Of a DNA stretch of 64,000 bases, positions 9,972 through 18,715 are shown piece by piece (the stretch's first letter is position 1; each line of letters opens with the position of its first letter). The notes under the pieces are model-generated. The model saw only the letters and a program-made list of their open reading frames with translations, was not told the origin of the DNA and did not search any database. A program made the position numbers and the translations under genes. Origin of the DNA: an uncultured Gammaproteobacteria bacterium (lineage in GTDB: Bacteria; Pseudomonadota; Gammaproteobacteria; UBA6002); the NCBI GenBank assembly GCA_963705725.1, contig CAVPKM010000013.1:96001-160000 (forward strand), written 5' to 3'.

Positions 9972-11444
9972 TCAATCCTCAGCAAGAGTGGGCAGCAATG
10001 CTATCCCTTTTTTAGTTAACCGGTACTTCTGTAATCGGCTATTGGGTTTTTTAGGTATTGTCATTTCAATAAGCTCATGTTTTAGAAGCAATTTAATTTG
10101 TTTATGCAACTCCCCTGAAACAGTGCGATGACCTAGCATTGTTGCAAGTTCAGCTTTTCCTGCCGCATTTTCTTTTAGATATAATAAAATTTTGATTGCT
10201 ATTTTTGACTCTAGCCGCGACTCTAGCCGCGACTCTAGCCGCGACTCTAGCCGCGACTCTAGCCGTCCTTGTGTCATTTCTTTAATTTGAAAGCTAGAAG
10301 ATTTAGCAAGATAAATGGTAACTCGTACTCGCATTCCAATTTCAATGATTCGAGGTGTAGATAATTTTAAAGCTTCTGCTTCTTTATAGATCCTTTTGAT
10401 GCCGCTACCCCATTGCTCAATCAAATTAAGCTCTTTAAATACGCGTGCGATGACATGATTTCTAATCTTCGATATACCTTGCAACATGTCTTCGAGAGTT
10501 AGCCCAGGAACAAAAATACCAGGATTTTCAACTTCAATGCGATCATCAAAAAAAGAGACTCGAATGGGTGCGCCGCGTTGAGAGTAATCGGCGTGTACTA
10601 AGGCATTAATCACTACTTCCCTCAAAATGGTAAGTGGTATGCTCCAAATGTCTTTGCGAATTGTTTCGCTAAAGTTGGCTCCTTGCATAGCGTGTTTTTT
10701 TAAAAAAAGCATAATGCTTTCTACGCTGTTTGGTAAATTCTCATGAATATCAATGTGGTCAAAAATAATAGCTTTATCTGTGCCAACAAATCGTCCGCAT
10801 TGCACCCATGCATCGGGAAAATACAGCTCTCTTTGTTTGCCAAATAATAGCAAAGCGCCTTGGGTTGGAACTAAATGACCTTGATAATGAGTTAGAAGCT
10901 TTAATGTGATGAGATTTTGTTCTGTGAGTGGTGAAATGCGTGTAAATAAATTTTTTGTGGCATCTAGATCGATGGCATTTATTGTTAAATTAGGCAATGG
11001 CATTTCGTCAAAAGATACCCCAGCTATCGTCCGTTGTAATTCAGCAACTAAGGCTTGGTCTGCTTTTCGATTAGTTGACCCCAAGCGGACATATACGCCG
11101 TGTTCCATAGTTTCAGATTTTAGCCAATGAGGACGAACATTACTGACAAAGACTTCTATGATTACGACTGTTTTGTTATCTATGGTTATTAGTTCAATAC
11201 TAGGAACTAAGTGCGGCACAATGGCATCTGAAATCAAATTACATAATCGTTCTTCCTCGTCCAGTGGTTGTTCAATGCCAATAACCTGATGATAATCATC
11301 TATGCCTATAATAAGCCGTCCACCTGCTGTGTTGGCAAATGCGATCAATGTTTTGAGGAGAGGTTTTGGAGAAGAAAAATCTCGCTTGAATTCTAAAGAT
11401 TTTCCTTCTGGCATTTTGAGCAGGGTTTCTATCGGAGTATTCAT
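9972..11444 (-). CDS. AlbA_2 (Schlafen-like) plus HATPase_c_4/RecG-C-like plus C-terminal wHTH protein
   Basis: PEGKSLEFKR...AFANTAGGRLIIGID; LREVVINALVHADY; DRIEVENPG; EQWGSGIKR; KPNSRLQKYRLT. Confidence 0.85.
   Translation of the reverse strand: MNTPIETLLKMPEGKSLEFKRDFSSPKPLLKTLIAFANTAGGRLIIGIDDYHQVIGIEQPLDEEERLCNLISDAIVPHLVPSIELITIDNKTVVIIEVFVSNVRPHWLKSETMEHGVYVRLGSTNRKADQALVAELQRTIAGVSFDEMPLPNLTINAIDLDATKNLFTRISPLTEQNLITLKLLTHYQGHLVPTQGALLLFGKQRELYFPDAWVQCGRFVGTDKAIIFDHIDIHENLPNSVESIMLFLKKHAMQGANFSETIRKDIWSIPLTILREVVINALVHADYSQRGAPIRVSFFDDRIEVENPGIFVPGLTLEDMLQGISKIRNHVIARVFKELNLIEQWGSGIKRIYKEAEALKLSTPRIIEIGMRVRVTIYLAKSSSFQIKEMTQGRLESRLESRLESRLESRLESKIAIKILLYLKENAAGKAELATMLGHRTVSGELHKQIKLLLKHELIEMTIPKKPNSRLQKYRLTKKGIALLPTLAED
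10207..10266 (-). repeat. In-frame 12-bp repeat x5 encoding RLES
   Basis: GACTCTAGCCGC x5 on the + strand. Confidence 0.95.
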
Positions 11445-11608
11445 ATTATTTGAAAAACCATCGTTACTTTGCTGAAATTTAATTCATATTTTTTACTCTT
11501 TTGCGAAAAACTCAAAGTAAAAGTTATGTAAAAGACGTGTTTGAAAAAAACTCAAAGTTATTATTCTAAATTTATTTTTTGATGGTAAATGACCAGAATT
11601 CAGCAAGG

Positions 11609-11641
11609 ATTAATATTTTCTTAAGGGCTAACCTTTATGCT
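11609..11641 (+). promoter_or_regulatory. PmrA-like box followed by a -10 hexamer
   Basis: aTTAA-ta-TT-tt-cTTAA matches cTTAA-N2-TT-N2-cTTAA; TATGCT follows after 11 nt; 53 nt upstream of the ankyrin gene start. Confidence 0.65.
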
Positions 11642-11677
11642 AGGTACTTTAATTTATTTAATTTGAGGTAACTTAGC

Positions 11678-12664
11678 ATGCAAACAAGGTCTGCTTATGA
11701 AGTAATCAATTTTATTACAGAAAGAACAAGCGTTAAAGCGTTTTATGATTATGTCACCTATGAAGAAACAAATTTTGAATATGATATCAATGCGCATGGG
11801 CGTTCTCATTGGACTGCTCTGCACGCTGCTTGCTACAAAGGCAATGTAAAATTAATTCAAGCTCTTATTAACATGGGTGCAAATATCAATGCTTATTCGG
11901 ATTGGGGGCATCCTTTAAGTGTGGCAATTCAGAAAGGTCATCTGGATGTTGTCAAATTGCTCATAAAAAGCGGCGCTTATTTTAATGAGTATTGGATAGG
12001 TGAAGACAGAAATCAAAATAGCTATATAAAATTAGCACAGAATTACAAACAGTCTGAGATAGAAAAATATTTGATTAACCAAACACCTAATAGTCTAAAA
12101 ACGCTTTTATTAAACAAATTGAGACATTCTTCTGAATTTTACGAGTTAAGCCAAAAAAAATTCAAAGCGCAATATCCGAAAGAAACTATCCCTCCTTATT
12201 GCATCGAGTTAATCGAAAAGGGGACGGTTGAATGTCGTTTGCGATGGGATCAGATTACAGGGGTCACATCCATTATTCTTAAGGCAGTAGAAAATAATAA
12301 CCTTGATGAACTTGCCTTGCTGCTTAATGAATACAAATACTATATTGATATTAGTCTGAAAGTTGACACACCCATCGCGATCAATCATGGCAATTTAAAA
12401 ATGGTAAAACTACTGGTTGAAAATGGTGGTCTTATTTCTGGCATTGAAGACGCGTTAAGGCAAGAACATATTGAAATTGTGGATTATTTAAGAGAAGTGC
12501 AGCGCGACCGATATCAACGATTGCGTGAAGAGGTTAGGCAAGAAAGAAATACCACTTTTCTCCTTGGTTTTTTTGATAACGATAGTGTCCTCAATCAGGA
12601 AATCAGGCAAAAGGCAGGGGAACAAGTGACGGCTAATATTGTGAATAAAATTTTAAGTTATTAA
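11678..12664 (+). CDS. Ankyrin-repeat protein, candidate effector
   Basis: WTALHAACYKGNVKLIQALINMGANIN, HPLSVAIQKGHLDVVKLLIKSGA, GNLKMVKLLVENGG; RBS GAGG. Confidence 0.85.
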   Translation: MQTRSAYEVINFITERTSVKAFYDYVTYEETNFEYDINAHGRSHWTALHAACYKGNVKLIQALINMGANINAYSDWGHPLSVAIQKGHLDVVKLLIKSGAYFNEYWIGEDRNQNSYIKLAQNYKQSEIEKYLINQTPNSLKTLLLNKLRHSSEFYELSQKKFKAQYPKETIPPYCIELIEKGTVECRLRWDQITGVTSIILKAVENNNLDELALLLNEYKYYIDISLKVDTPIAINHGNLKMVKLLVENGGLISGIEDALRQEHIEIVDYLREVQRDRYQRLREEVRQERNTTFLLGFFDNDSVLNQEIRQKAGEQVTANIVNKILSY

Positions 12665-12682
12665 ACGGGTTTAGCCGCTTTT

Positions 12683-12715
12683 TTTCATATTATTTTAATA
12701 AACGATTCTTATAAT
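12683..12715 (+). promoter_or_regulatory. PmrA-like box (one core mismatch) plus TATAAT
   Basis: tTTCA-ta-TT-at-tTTAA, 11 nt, then TATAAT; same spacing as the box at 11609. Confidence 0.5.
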
Positions 12716-12747
12716 AATAATAATTGTTTTACTAAGAGAGTTTTGAA

Positions 12748-14535
12748 ATGCACAAAGAAGATCGCTATGGAAATCCTACCGAGAATTTGTTTAATGCTAT
12801 TGGAGTTAATAACCTCGATTTAGCAAAACTAGCTATTAAAGATGGAGCGGATTTAGCCTCCCTCACATCAGTAAAAATAGCAGGAGAAGAATACCAAACT
12901 ACTCCTGCAGTGGCAGCGGCAAAGAGCAAGTGTTGGGATATTCTTGACGCTATTGCAAGTTCAGCGATGGACGCGGGCAATTATAAGTTTGAAGGTGCAT
13001 TATTATACGCTATTCAAGAGCGCCAATTGTCATCCGCTGTTATCCTTCTTAATCACTCCCAAGTGTCTTATTTCCGCTTGGCTGCTACAAAAGACAATGC
13101 ATTACATGTAGCTGTAAAAAGTAATTGGCCAGAAATGGTGGCCTTGCTTCTTTATTTTGGTTATGAAGACAACCGCAAGAATAAGGCGGATCAAAGTGCT
13201 AAACAGATCAATGAAACATGCTATTTAAAGGGTTGGGAAATTTGGCAAAAAAATCGTGATAGTCATATTTTATTTGGTGAAACATTAACGCCAATAAAGC
13301 GACATTATGGAAATCCATCAAAAAATTTGTTTAATGCTATTACAATTAATAACCTCGATTTAGCAAAGCAAGCTATTAAAGATGGAGCAGATTTAGCCTC
13401 CTTGACATCATTAGAAATAGCAGGAGAAACATACCAATATGCTCCTGCAGTGTTTGCGTCAAGGAACGAGTGTTGGGATATTCTTGACGCTATTGCAAGT
13501 TCGGCAATGGACACGAGCAATAATTATCAGTTTGCAGGTGCATTATTACACGCTATTCAAGAGCGCCAATTGTCATCCGCTGTTATCCTTCTTAATCACT
13601 CTCGAGTGAGTTATGCCTACATCACTACTACTGGAGACAGAGGATTACATCTAGCTGTAAAAAATAATTGCCCAGAAATGGTGGCCTTGCTTCTCTCTCA
13701 CGGCTATCGAGATAACAAAAAAAATAAAGCTGATCAAACAGCTCAACAAATCAACGAAGGTTGTTATCTCAGGGGTTGGGAAATTTGGCAAAATAATAGA
13801 GCCGCTGCCGATATCTCTATTGTGCTTGTTCAAGCAATGCGACAACAAGAGTCGAATCCATTATGTCATTTATCCAGGCTTACTTTTGACTTGTTCAATA
13901 AAATTCTTACAGTGGCAACGGATGTTTGCGTATTCGATGAAAATAAATTGGAAAACCAGCAAGCAAGGCTGATGAAAATATCCACGGAATGCTTTATAAA
14001 AAGTTATCGTTCCAAACTCTATTTGCACACCACTCCTGCCTCTGATACTTTTGTTAGCACCCTAGAAAGCGTCCATTCTACTGATGAAATTTCAAGCTGC
14101 ATTAATCATTTTGTTAATTTTGAGCATTCAAAAGAAACCAACACCATTAAGTTGTTAAGAAAATTTAATCTTTACCGTCAGGGTGATTATGGTAATTATA
14201 CAGAGTATAAGTTATTACTTCTCAACCATGTGATTGCATTGTTAAAAGACTTTTTTTCTGAATTTAAAAAAGTGACGAATATAATTTTAGAGAAGGGTCA
14301 GATGATAATGATTTCAGATAATGAAGACGACATTAGTATTTTAATGGCGTATTGCACAGAGTTAAATTTAACGCCTAAGCGTATTGATGCAATGCAAATG
14401 GTATTAGGTGTGCGTGAAGAAATAGATTTTTTTATTTTTAATAAATGCAGAATGCCGCCCAACTTTTATCAAGCATTTCCAGATTTTTTTCAGCAAGGAA
14501 AAGAGCCAGAAAAACAAAATTGTATCATCTCTTAA
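12748..14535 (+). CDS. Ankyrin-repeat protein with a 180-aa internal duplication and C-terminal CaaX (CIIS)
   Basis: DNALHVAVKSN / DRGLHLAVKNN; duplicated units start at 12766 and 13306; ends QNCIIS*. Confidence 0.85.
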   Translation: MHKEDRYGNPTENLFNAIGVNNLDLAKLAIKDGADLASLTSVKIAGEEYQTTPAVAAAKSKCWDILDAIASSAMDAGNYKFEGALLYAIQERQLSSAVILLNHSQVSYFRLAATKDNALHVAVKSNWPEMVALLLYFGYEDNRKNKADQSAKQINETCYLKGWEIWQKNRDSHILFGETLTPIKRHYGNPSKNLFNAITINNLDLAKQAIKDGADLASLTSLEIAGETYQYAPAVFASRNECWDILDAIASSAMDTSNNYQFAGALLHAIQERQLSSAVILLNHSRVSYAYITTTGDRGLHLAVKNNCPEMVALLLSHGYRDNKKNKADQTAQQINEGCYLRGWEIWQNNRAAADISIVLVQAMRQQESNPLCHLSRLTFDLFNKILTVATDVCVFDENKLENQQARLMKISTECFIKSYRSKLYLHTTPASDTFVSTLESVHSTDEISSCINHFVNFEHSKETNTIKLLRKFNLYRQGDYGNYTEYKLLLLNHVIALLKDFFSEFKKVTNIILEKGQMIMISDNEDDISILMAYCTELNLTPKRIDAMQMVLGVREEIDFFIFNKCRMPPNFYQAFPDFFQQGKEPEKQNCIIS

Positions 14536-14635
14536 AATACACGGTTTAGATAAGTGTTATGATCAGCAATTTTATGAAAAGGAAAAAAATATTCAAAATT
14601 AAAAACTATATTGAAGTTAGCCGCTTTAATTTTAA

Positions 14636-14680
14636 TCAAGAGGCGATTAGAAAGTTTAGGGATTTGACTTGTGGGATCAT
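14636..14680 (-). pseudogene. Short N-terminal stub of an AbiEii-like toxin
   Basis: ATG directly after the restored antitoxin stop: MIPQ, then after a frameshift QIPKLSNRL; unrelated AT-rich DNA follows. Confidence 0.4.
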
Positions 14681-15530
14681 CTACGTGTTTCCTATCACTA
14701 ACAGTTCTTCCTCTGGAACATTTAGTCTTAGCTTCCACCGACTAATATATTTGCCTTCAGAAGGGAAATCCGGATCCAATAAGTGGTAGGTAGCAGTTAG
14801 CTTGGATTTTAAAAGCTCTAAAAGGGATGCATTGCCAATTTGATAAAGTTCTAATAGGTATGCTAACCGTGCAATTCACGGAGCCCACGTTGAGTTTTAA
14901 AGCGTATTGGATAATTTTTTCAGCATTTATTGTCTCGCGTTTAATAGTAAAAGCTTTTGCTACTTCAGAAAATCCACCACAGTAGGATGGTATTTTCAAT
15001 CCATCTATTAGGGTTCGTTCTAAATCGCTGATTAGTACTTTTTGATTTTTATCGACCCAAACCTCAGTAGTGCCAAAAAAATCCGTGCTTTTAGTGGTAA
15101 TAAATTTGAATTCTGTTCCTTGGATAATGCGCGGCCTTATCATTTTTAACGTGCTTGTATAAATAACGAATTGGGGCTGGGTAGCCATATTATGAATCTC
15201 AAAAGCAGAAGCATGTGATAAGTAATAATGATTTTTGACGCCTTTCCTCCGGCCTAACGAGAGCTCTCTGGCTACCGCGAACGGATTTCCCAAGTACTCA
15301 GATTCAAATCCCAGCTCAAAGGGAACTAGACTAAATTTTCCTGAAACAAGGCGCGTTACAATGCCATGTCTAATCATTTGTGCCAACGTTTTAGAGGCGC
15401 GAGCTCGTCCAAAAAGAATTCTTTCCGCCTCTTGGAATTGGAAAATAGGCCGCTGCTCATCATAAAGCGTTGCAATTAAGCGTGCTGCGTTTGGACCTAA
15501 TAATTTAAGGTCTTTGTATTTTGATTGCAT
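14681..15530 (-). pseudogene. AbiEi family type IV antitoxin, frameshifted near 14870
   Basis: YYLSHASAFEIHNM, ISDLERTLIDGL..P.YCGG. Shifted frame continues RLAYLLELYQIG...LLDPDFPSEGKYISRWKLRLNV to TAG at 14681. Confidence 0.8.
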
Positions 15531-15740
15531 AAAAACCCTCTCATATGGGTATTATGTATGCAAAATGTAAGTTTGTCGATTTTTATGATTTAAATGCAAA
15601 TTATTCCCTTTGAAGATTTTTTATGCATATAAAATATAAAATATTTATTGGAGACGGCAACAAGCTGCATTATATCTTGTTCAGTAATCCTATAGAGTTA
15701 GGGGCTCGAATGAAAAAAATATTGCGCTTAGGAATAACGT

Positions 15741-15816
15741 AGCTATATAAAATTAACAGAGAATTACAAACTGGATGAATACCCTTTGCGATGGGCTCAG
15801 ATTACAAGGGTCACAT
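15741..15816 (+). pseudogene. Internally deleted remnant of a paralog of the 11678 ankyrin gene
   Basis: 15741-15771 matches 12020-12050 (29/31); 15785-15816 matches 12238-12269 (30/32). Confidence 0.75.
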
Positions 15817-15972
15817 GCATCATCGATCATTGCTTTTCTCCGAAATCACTGTGCTATAGTTTGTCATAGAGTTTACATATAGATGTACAAAAGGCTAGTA
15901 GGATTATTTTCCTGCTTCCTTTTTTGAAATTTGTGCAAATAATTGAGAAAAGCAATAAGTAGTTGATAATAC

Positions 15973-16935
15973 ATGAAAATTGAAGCAAATAATTTTGAGC
16001 CTGCTTGGTGGTTAAATTCAGGTCATTTACAGACCCTCTTCCCTTTTATTTTTCCTCGAAAAATCATCCTTCCAACTATCCAAGAGAGGCTGGAGCTTCC
16101 TGATAAGGATTTTTTAGATCTTAATTGGGCTGGTAAAAATAATAATGAAATTATTTTAATTCTGCATGGATTGGCAGGTTCAATTTCTTCACATTATGTA
16201 AAAGGGATGATGAATGCTTTGCTGCATTACAACTGTAAAACTGTACTTATGCATTTTAGGGGTTGTAGTCAGGAACCTAACCGATTAGCACGCTGCTATC
16301 ACTCCGGGGAAACCACAGATTTAGCTTTTGTCGTGAATGTAATAAAAAATAGATATCCTCATGCTCGTGTATCAATTATTGGGTATTCATTAGGTGGTAA
16401 TGTTTTATTAAAATGGCTAGGTGAGGGGAATAAAAATAATTTAATACATAGAGCGGTTGCAGTTTCTGTGCCCTTTGACCTCAATAATTTTGTTAACCAA
16501 ATACAAATTGGCTTAGGTAAAATTTACCAATGGCGATTGGTAAGTGAATTAAAAAAATATGTGTTAAAGAAGGAGCATTTAATTTCATCGTTGGTAGATA
16601 TTCCTAGCCTAAAAGAAGTCAAAAGTTTTAGAGAGTTTGACCAGCTAGTCACCGCACCTTTGCATGGTTTTAAAGGAGTAGATGATTATTATCATTCTGC
16701 AAGTTGTCGCCAATATCTCAAAAAAATTACTGTTCCTACTTTAATTATTCATGCTTTAAATGATCCATTCATGACTCCAAATGCGATACCCGATGCGAGT
16801 GAATTATCAAAAAAAATCACTTTAGAATTATATTCATCCGGAGGTCATATCGGCTTTATCTCGAGTTCAAAATTTCATAGACCGATCTATTGGCTTGAAG
16901 AGCGTATTCCTGAATATCTACAGTTAATAAATTAG
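15973..16935 (+). CDS. YheT-family alpha/beta hydrolase
   Basis: GHLQTL, HGLAGS, GYSLGGN, GGHIGF. Confidence 0.9.
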   Translation: MKIEANNFEPAWWLNSGHLQTLFPFIFPRKIILPTIQERLELPDKDFLDLNWAGKNNNEIILILHGLAGSISSHYVKGMMNALLHYNCKTVLMHFRGCSQEPNRLARCYHSGETTDLAFVVNVIKNRYPHARVSIIGYSLGGNVLLKWLGEGNKNNLIHRAVAVSVPFDLNNFVNQIQIGLGKIYQWRLVSELKKYVLKKEHLISSLVDIPSLKEVKSFREFDQLVTAPLHGFKGVDDYYHSASCRQYLKKITVPTLIIHALNDPFMTPNAIPDASELSKKITLELYSSGGHIGFISSSKFHRPIYWLEERIPEYLQLIN

Positions 16936-16967
16936 TTAAAGACTTTTTTGCTTTTTTAACAAAAAAA

Positions 16968-17013
16968 TTGACAACTTCTCCAGTATGTCGAATAATTGTC
17001 GACATACTGGAGA
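16968..17013 (+). promoter_or_regulatory. Sigma70 promoter overlapped by a perfect 15-bp inverted repeat (AbiEi operator)
   Basis: TTGACA-N17-AATAAT; arms TCTCCAGTATGTCGA (16977-16991) and TCGACATACTGGAGA (16999-17013). Confidence 0.85.
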
Positions 17014-17019
17014 CTGCTA

Positions 17020-17667
17020 ATGATTGTTGATGAACTTCGTAAATCAGTGATTAATGAAGAAATAGACTACTTGCTCTTAACGAGTTTATTAAAGCAGTAT
17101 AAAAGACCCCGAGATAAAATCACTCAATTATTGAAAGCTAAGGCCTTAATTCGGATAAAAAAAGGACTTTATGTATTTGGTCAGCGTGTCGCCAAAAAGC
17201 CCTATATTTTAGAGACATTAGCTAATTTAATATATGGTCCTTCATATATATCTTTAGAATATGCTTTAGCTTTTTATGGAATGATTCCAGAAAGAGTGGA
17301 AGTAATAACTAGTGTGACCAGTAAGCGAGAGAAAACTTTTCAAACCCCTGTGGGATTATTTACTTACCGTTATCTTAATGTCAAAAAATATTCGATAGGA
17401 TTGACTGAGATTTTAATCGATGATTCGCATCCAGTTTTTTTTGCCACACCAGAAAAAGCATTAGCGGATAAAATTATATTAGAAAGTCCTGGTTTAAAAT
17501 TAAATAAAAGAGAGGATATCGCTCAATATCTCTATGAAGATTTGAGGTTGTATTCAAAAAAAATAGACAAGCTGAATATTAAAAAATTGGAAGAAATAGC
17601 ACTAATCTATTCTAATAAAAACCTAAATTCATTAGTCACCTTTTTGGAGGGAAAAAATAATGAATGA
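17020..17667 (+). CDS. AbiEi-like type IV TA antitoxin
   Basis: LIRIKKGLY, PSYISLEYALAFYGMIPE, ATPEKALAD; ATG at 17020. Confidence 0.88.
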   Translation: MIVDELRKSVINEEIDYLLLTSLLKQYKRPRDKITQLLKAKALIRIKKGLYVFGQRVAKKPYILETLANLIYGPSYISLEYALAFYGMIPERVEVITSVTSKREKTFQTPVGLFTYRYLNVKKYSIGLTEILIDDSHPVFFATPEKALADKIILESPGLKLNKREDIAQYLYEDLRLYSKKIDKLNIKKLEEIALIYSNKNLNSLVTFLEGKNNE

Positions 17668-18526
17668 GGTCTTAGAGTTTTTGTTAAATCGTTATACTTG
17701 CAAAAGTAGAAATGATTATGAAAATGCTCTTAAGGAGATTATACAAGAAGTTGCATTATTGGGTTTATGGCGATCAAAATTTTTTGAAAAAGCTGCATTT
17801 TATGGTGGTGCCGCTCTTCGCATTCTTTACGGGCTTGATCGATTTTCGGAAGATCTGGATTTTTCATTGCTATCAAAAGATATGAATTTTTCATTAGACG
17901 TGTATTTAAATGCAATTGTGGTTGAATTGCAGGGTCTGGGGCTGGATGTCGAAGTGGAATCTAAAAATAAGATAAGAGATTCGACTATTAAATCCGCATT
18001 TATAAAAGCAGGCACAAAAAAAAATTTATTAAAGATTAAAATTCCATTTGATGTTGATTGTGTCATTCATCGTGATGAACTTTTAAAAATTAAGATAGAG
18101 GTGGATGTTAACCCTCCTGATTCATTTAGCACTGAAGCAAAAATTTTATTAATTCCCATTCCCTTCTCAGTCAATACTTACGTCCCATCAGATTTGTTTG
18201 CGGGTAAAATGCACGCGATTCTCTGCAGGCCATGGAAAAATGGAATAAAAGGTAGAGATTGGTATGATTTAGTGTGGTACATATCTCGCGAAATTCCCGT
18301 TAACCTAGTGCATTTGAAAAAAAGAATGCAACAAACTAAGCATTGGCAGCCAAATAAAAAATTAACTCATGATGAACTCCTATCGTTAGTTAAAGAAAAA
18401 ATATCTCAGATAGATTTCAGTCAAGCAAAAAAGGATGTCATTCCATTTTTGAAAAACACAGATAATGTACTGCTTTGGTCAAAAGATTTTTTTATACAGT
18501 TACTTGATAATTTAAAATCTATTTAA
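17660..18526 (+). CDS. AbiEii/AbiGii nucleotidyltransferase toxin
   Basis: FYGGAALRILYGLDRFSEDLDF, KMHAIL, KGRDWYD. Confidence 0.92.
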   Translation: MNEVLEFLLNRYTCKSRNDYENALKEIIQEVALLGLWRSKFFEKAAFYGGAALRILYGLDRFSEDLDFSLLSKDMNFSLDVYLNAIVVELQGLGLDVEVESKNKIRDSTIKSAFIKAGTKKNLLKIKIPFDVDCVIHRDELLKIKIEVDVNPPDSFSTEAKILLIPIPFSVNTYVPSDLFAGKMHAILCRPWKNGIKGRDWYDLVWYISREIPVNLVHLKKRMQQTKHWQPNKKLTHDELLSLVKEKISQIDFSQAKKDVIPFLKNTDNVLLWSKDFFIQLLDNLKSI

Positions 18527-18715
18527 CGTACTTAAGAAATCCCGGCTTCAGGTTATTTCATTTCAACCTTCAATGCTTGCATCTAGTCTAAAATACTCAT
18601 GAAGAGTATGGCTTGCTGTTTTTCAGCTATAATTTATTGTGACTTAAAATTTGCGTATTAAAGAAAGGTTATTATGCAAAGACACTCACAATAAAAGATA
18701 AGGTGTCAGCTTCAA

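Noticed and set aside
11506-11558. 13-bp direct repeat AAAAACTCAAAGT, two copies 40 nt apart
   Set aside because: Low complexity in AT-rich DNA with no identifiable role.
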